Both the position numbers and the translations under genes were made by a program. A DNA stretch of 9,850 bases from Bugula neritina (taxonomy: Eukaryota; Animalia; Bryozoa), in contig CAXIUT010000049.1 of NCBI GenBank assembly GCA_964035545.1, forward strand, positions 1 to 9,850, read 5' to 3'. Positions 7,344 through 9,850 of the stretch are shown here, piece after piece. The notes below the pieces were generated by a model. The model was not told the origin of the DNA, ran no database searches, and was given only the letters and a program-made list of their open reading frames with translations. The number at the start of each line of letters is the position of its first letter. Position 1 is the first letter of the stretch.

Positions 7344-9662
7344 ATGAACAAAACAACCAATCATTCAGAATACAAACCTTCAGTTGTAGGAATAGACCTA
7401 GGCTCACAGTCAACCAAAATAGCAGCAGTGTAAAAAGGAGTAGTCGACATCATAACCAACTAAGCCAACCTCAGAACCACTCCATCTGTTATAGGCTATG
7501 GAAATAAAGAAAGACTAATAGGAGAGGCAGGATATTTAAAAATGAAATCTAATTTAGCTAATACCATAGTAGCTCCTCAAAGATATCTTGGATTACAATA
7601 ATCATAATATGCCAAAGAGTAAGGTAAGTATGCACCTTGTCCACCAAAATATCAAAACAATAACATCACATTCAATATCAATCACCAAGGATAACAACAG
7701 ACAATCACACCAGAACAAGTAACTGCCAGTTTTTTAACTAAAATATAAAAAATAGTACAACTCAACAAACTCAACAACCAGTTCTAAATTATAGCTGTTC
7801 CCAACTACCTCACTTATAGCTAGAGAAAAGCCATGTTGAATTCTATATAAATAGCAAAAAGAAGTATGAAATAAAACTATGGATTTATGCTTGTAAATTA
7901 ATCTACTGCAATTGGCATGGATTATGGCTTCTATAAAATGAATTAATTTCCATAAAAATAGTAAGATGCTAAAGTTGTCCTCTTTATTGACTTTGGACAT
8001 TCTAAACTATCTATATATGCCATGAAGTTTACTAAACAGTATCAAAAAGTTATCTATCAAAAACACATCAGACAACTTGGATGCAAAAATATTGATTAAC
8101 TCATGTTGTAGTTCTATGTTGAACTCTTTGAAAATGCCAATAAGGATCTGTAAATTGGTGTCAAATAAAGCAAAAAAGCTGTTTTGAAGTTATTTTAAAG
8201 TATATAAAAACAAAGAAAAGTTCTATCAGGCAACTCAGAAGCTGACTTCAACATCGACTGCCTCTTATAAGACAACGACTTAACATATACCATGAAAAGA
8301 TAGCAGTTCTAATAAATATCACAACCAGTCTTCACCAAAATATCTACCTTCTTTGCCTAGGTCAAACAAAACCTCAAATAACTAGGAGTAGACATCAGTC
8401 ACATCGAACTCATAGGCGGAGGATCAAGAATTCCTAGCTTTATCAAAACAGTCCAAGAAGGGTTCAATATCTAACCTTCGAGAACTCTTAATTCTAGTGA
8501 ATGCATTGCCAGAGGAGCAGCTCTTTGTGCAGCTATTCATAGCAGTATATTCAGAGCAAAACAATATTTATCTTTTGATGTTAGTTCATCAACTTTGGTT
8601 TGCAGCTGGAAAGGCTAAGGATAAAACATGGAAATATAAAATAACTAAACAGTTATTCTCAGATAAAACTAAACTATTATCACATAGAAAAAGGTAGATA
8701 TCTTAATAAAACCAACCCAATCTAAAATGTTATTCGATCTCAACTAAAAAACTTAAATTCAAGGTATAAAATCTCACATCTGCTCATTTGCTATCACTTT
8801 CCCTGAACAATAATAACCAACGGAAATAAAAGTATCTTTAGTAGTAGAGTTTGATTCTAACAGAATGGTCAATAAAATAAGAGTATTCTAGCAAAGAGAT
8901 AAATAGTATTCTTTGAAGATATAGGAATTGTCTTTTGAATAGAATTTATCAAAATAAACAATAGGTAATTTGATATAGATCTAACAAACTAGTTTAACAA
9001 GAGATAACAAAATATTATAATCATACTAAAAAAGAAATCAACTAGAATCACAACTATATTCCTTCAAAGAACAACTAAATAACCTATCAACAAATAAAGA
9101 TTTTATAAATCCTTCAATTGTCGAAGAAATACTATCTTACTTCAATGATGTTGAAGATAGACTTGATGACATCGTTGAATATCAGCTAGAAATGGATAAT
9201 ATGATAAATAAAATGAAATTGGTAAATGGAGAGATTTAAAATAATAAAAATAAATATGTATAAGTTTAATAGGAATTGAAAAAGCTGAAAGGATTTATAG
9301 AGTCAGTTATCAATGGAAAAATCAAATCTATCAAGTACTATCCCGGATAGGAAGTATAAAAAGTAAAAAAATGGATCAAATCTACTCTAGAATAACTCAA
9401 AAATCAACCCAAATATCAATAACTTTGTACCTCAGTCAACCAAATCAAAAATGTTCAAGAAGATCTGATAGAAAAGATAGAAGAATGTCAAGCATAAGAA
9501 CTAAGAAAATAACAAGAAGCACAAAGACAACACTACCGACCTCAACAACAAAGATACAACAACAGTCCTTTTAACTTCAATGGTTTTGGGCAACCAAGTT
9601 ACCAAACTCCAAGAAGAAGCAGAAACACATTTAATTCTGGATTTTTCCCAGGATTTTTCTGA
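7344..9662 (+). CDS. Hsp110/SSE (HSPA4-like) Hsp70-superfamily chaperone, divergent, 772 aa
   Basis: A 2319-nt uninterrupted frame. Motifs: SVVGIDLGSQ, IITNEANLRTTPS, TPEQVTA, AVPNY, LVNESTAIGMDYG, VLFIDFGHS (the Hsp110-type D-x-GHS), IEKQRKVLSGN, FNIDCLLED, IELIGGGSRIP, SRTLNSSECIARGAAL and KRNQLESQLY. Confidence 0.93.
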
Positions 9663-9718
9663 TATGCATATATTATACTTTTTAATCATATCTCATTGAT
9701 ATTTAACTATAATAACAA

Positions 9719-9850
9719 GGGGTTGGGGTTGGGGTTGGGGTTGGGGTTGGGGTTGGGGTTGGGGTTGGGGTTGGGGTTGGGGTTGGGGTTGGGGTTGGGG
9801 TTGGGGTTGGGGGGGTTGGGGTTGGGGTTGGGGTTGGGGTTGGGGTTGGG
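9719..9850 (+). repeat. Right telomere, (GGGGTT)n
   Basis: Tandem G4T2 hexamers to the end of the window, the reverse complement of the left repeat. Both ends are therefore capped. Confidence 0.98.

Noticed and set aside
8694-8711. Sequence in Hsp110 (GTAGATATCTTAATAAAA) resembling the kinesin intron
   Set aside because: There is no AG acceptor at the matching position and the reading frame is open without splicing; likely coincidence in AT-rich DNA.
133-9662. Genes as pseudogenes riddled with stop codons, or standard ciliate code (TAR=Gln, table 6)
   Set aside because: The frames are intact to TGA, and TAR falls at conserved Glu positions and aligns with GAA/GAG between paralogs.
133-9662. 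Context-dependent (ambiguous) stop code as in Condylostoma or Blastocrithidia
   Set aside because: No gene needs an in-frame TGA, Trp is coded by TGG, and every gene has a TGA at a plausible end. Termination at a TAR a few codons earlier cannot be formally excluded without ribosome profiling.
1816-9689. ORF-track entries 1816..2037+, 3173..3454+, 4263..4448-, 4560..4787+, 5146..5403-, 7734..8000-, 8497..8697+, 9371..9574+, 9501..9689-
   Set aside because: These are antisense or off-frame shadows of the real genes, with no recognisable motifs. They are artefacts of using the wrong code.
1-9850. CRISPR array, transposon or prokaryotic operon interpretation
   Set aside because: The terminal repeats are telomeres without spacers, no transposase or terminal inverted repeats other than the telomeres were seen, and the gene content and intron are eukaryotic.

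Overview
This window is a complete, telomere-capped ciliate macronuclear minichromosome of about 9.85 kb, with (C4A2)n at the left end and (G4T2)n at the right. It uses a non-standard genetic code: TAA and TAG both encode glutamate and TGA is the only stop (NCBI table 30, peritrich-type, not the Gln code of Tetrahymena/Paramecium). This is why the supplied ORF track is fragmented. Retranslated by hand, the molecule carries seven intact ATG..TGA genes that all point outward from one divergent 121-bp spacer. The minus strand has a KIF17/OSM-3-like kinesin-2 (one 20-nt intron) and a bacterial-type PI-PLC X-domain protein. The plus strand has a tandem array of three diverged zf-3CxxC (RTP/ZAR1-type zinc-binding) paralogs, an ECTFxP-motif protein, and an Hsp110-like chaperone with an unusual Q/N/F/G-rich tail. 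The 3CxxC array is the best candidate for an undescribed system. All family calls come from motif recognition; no database searches were run.
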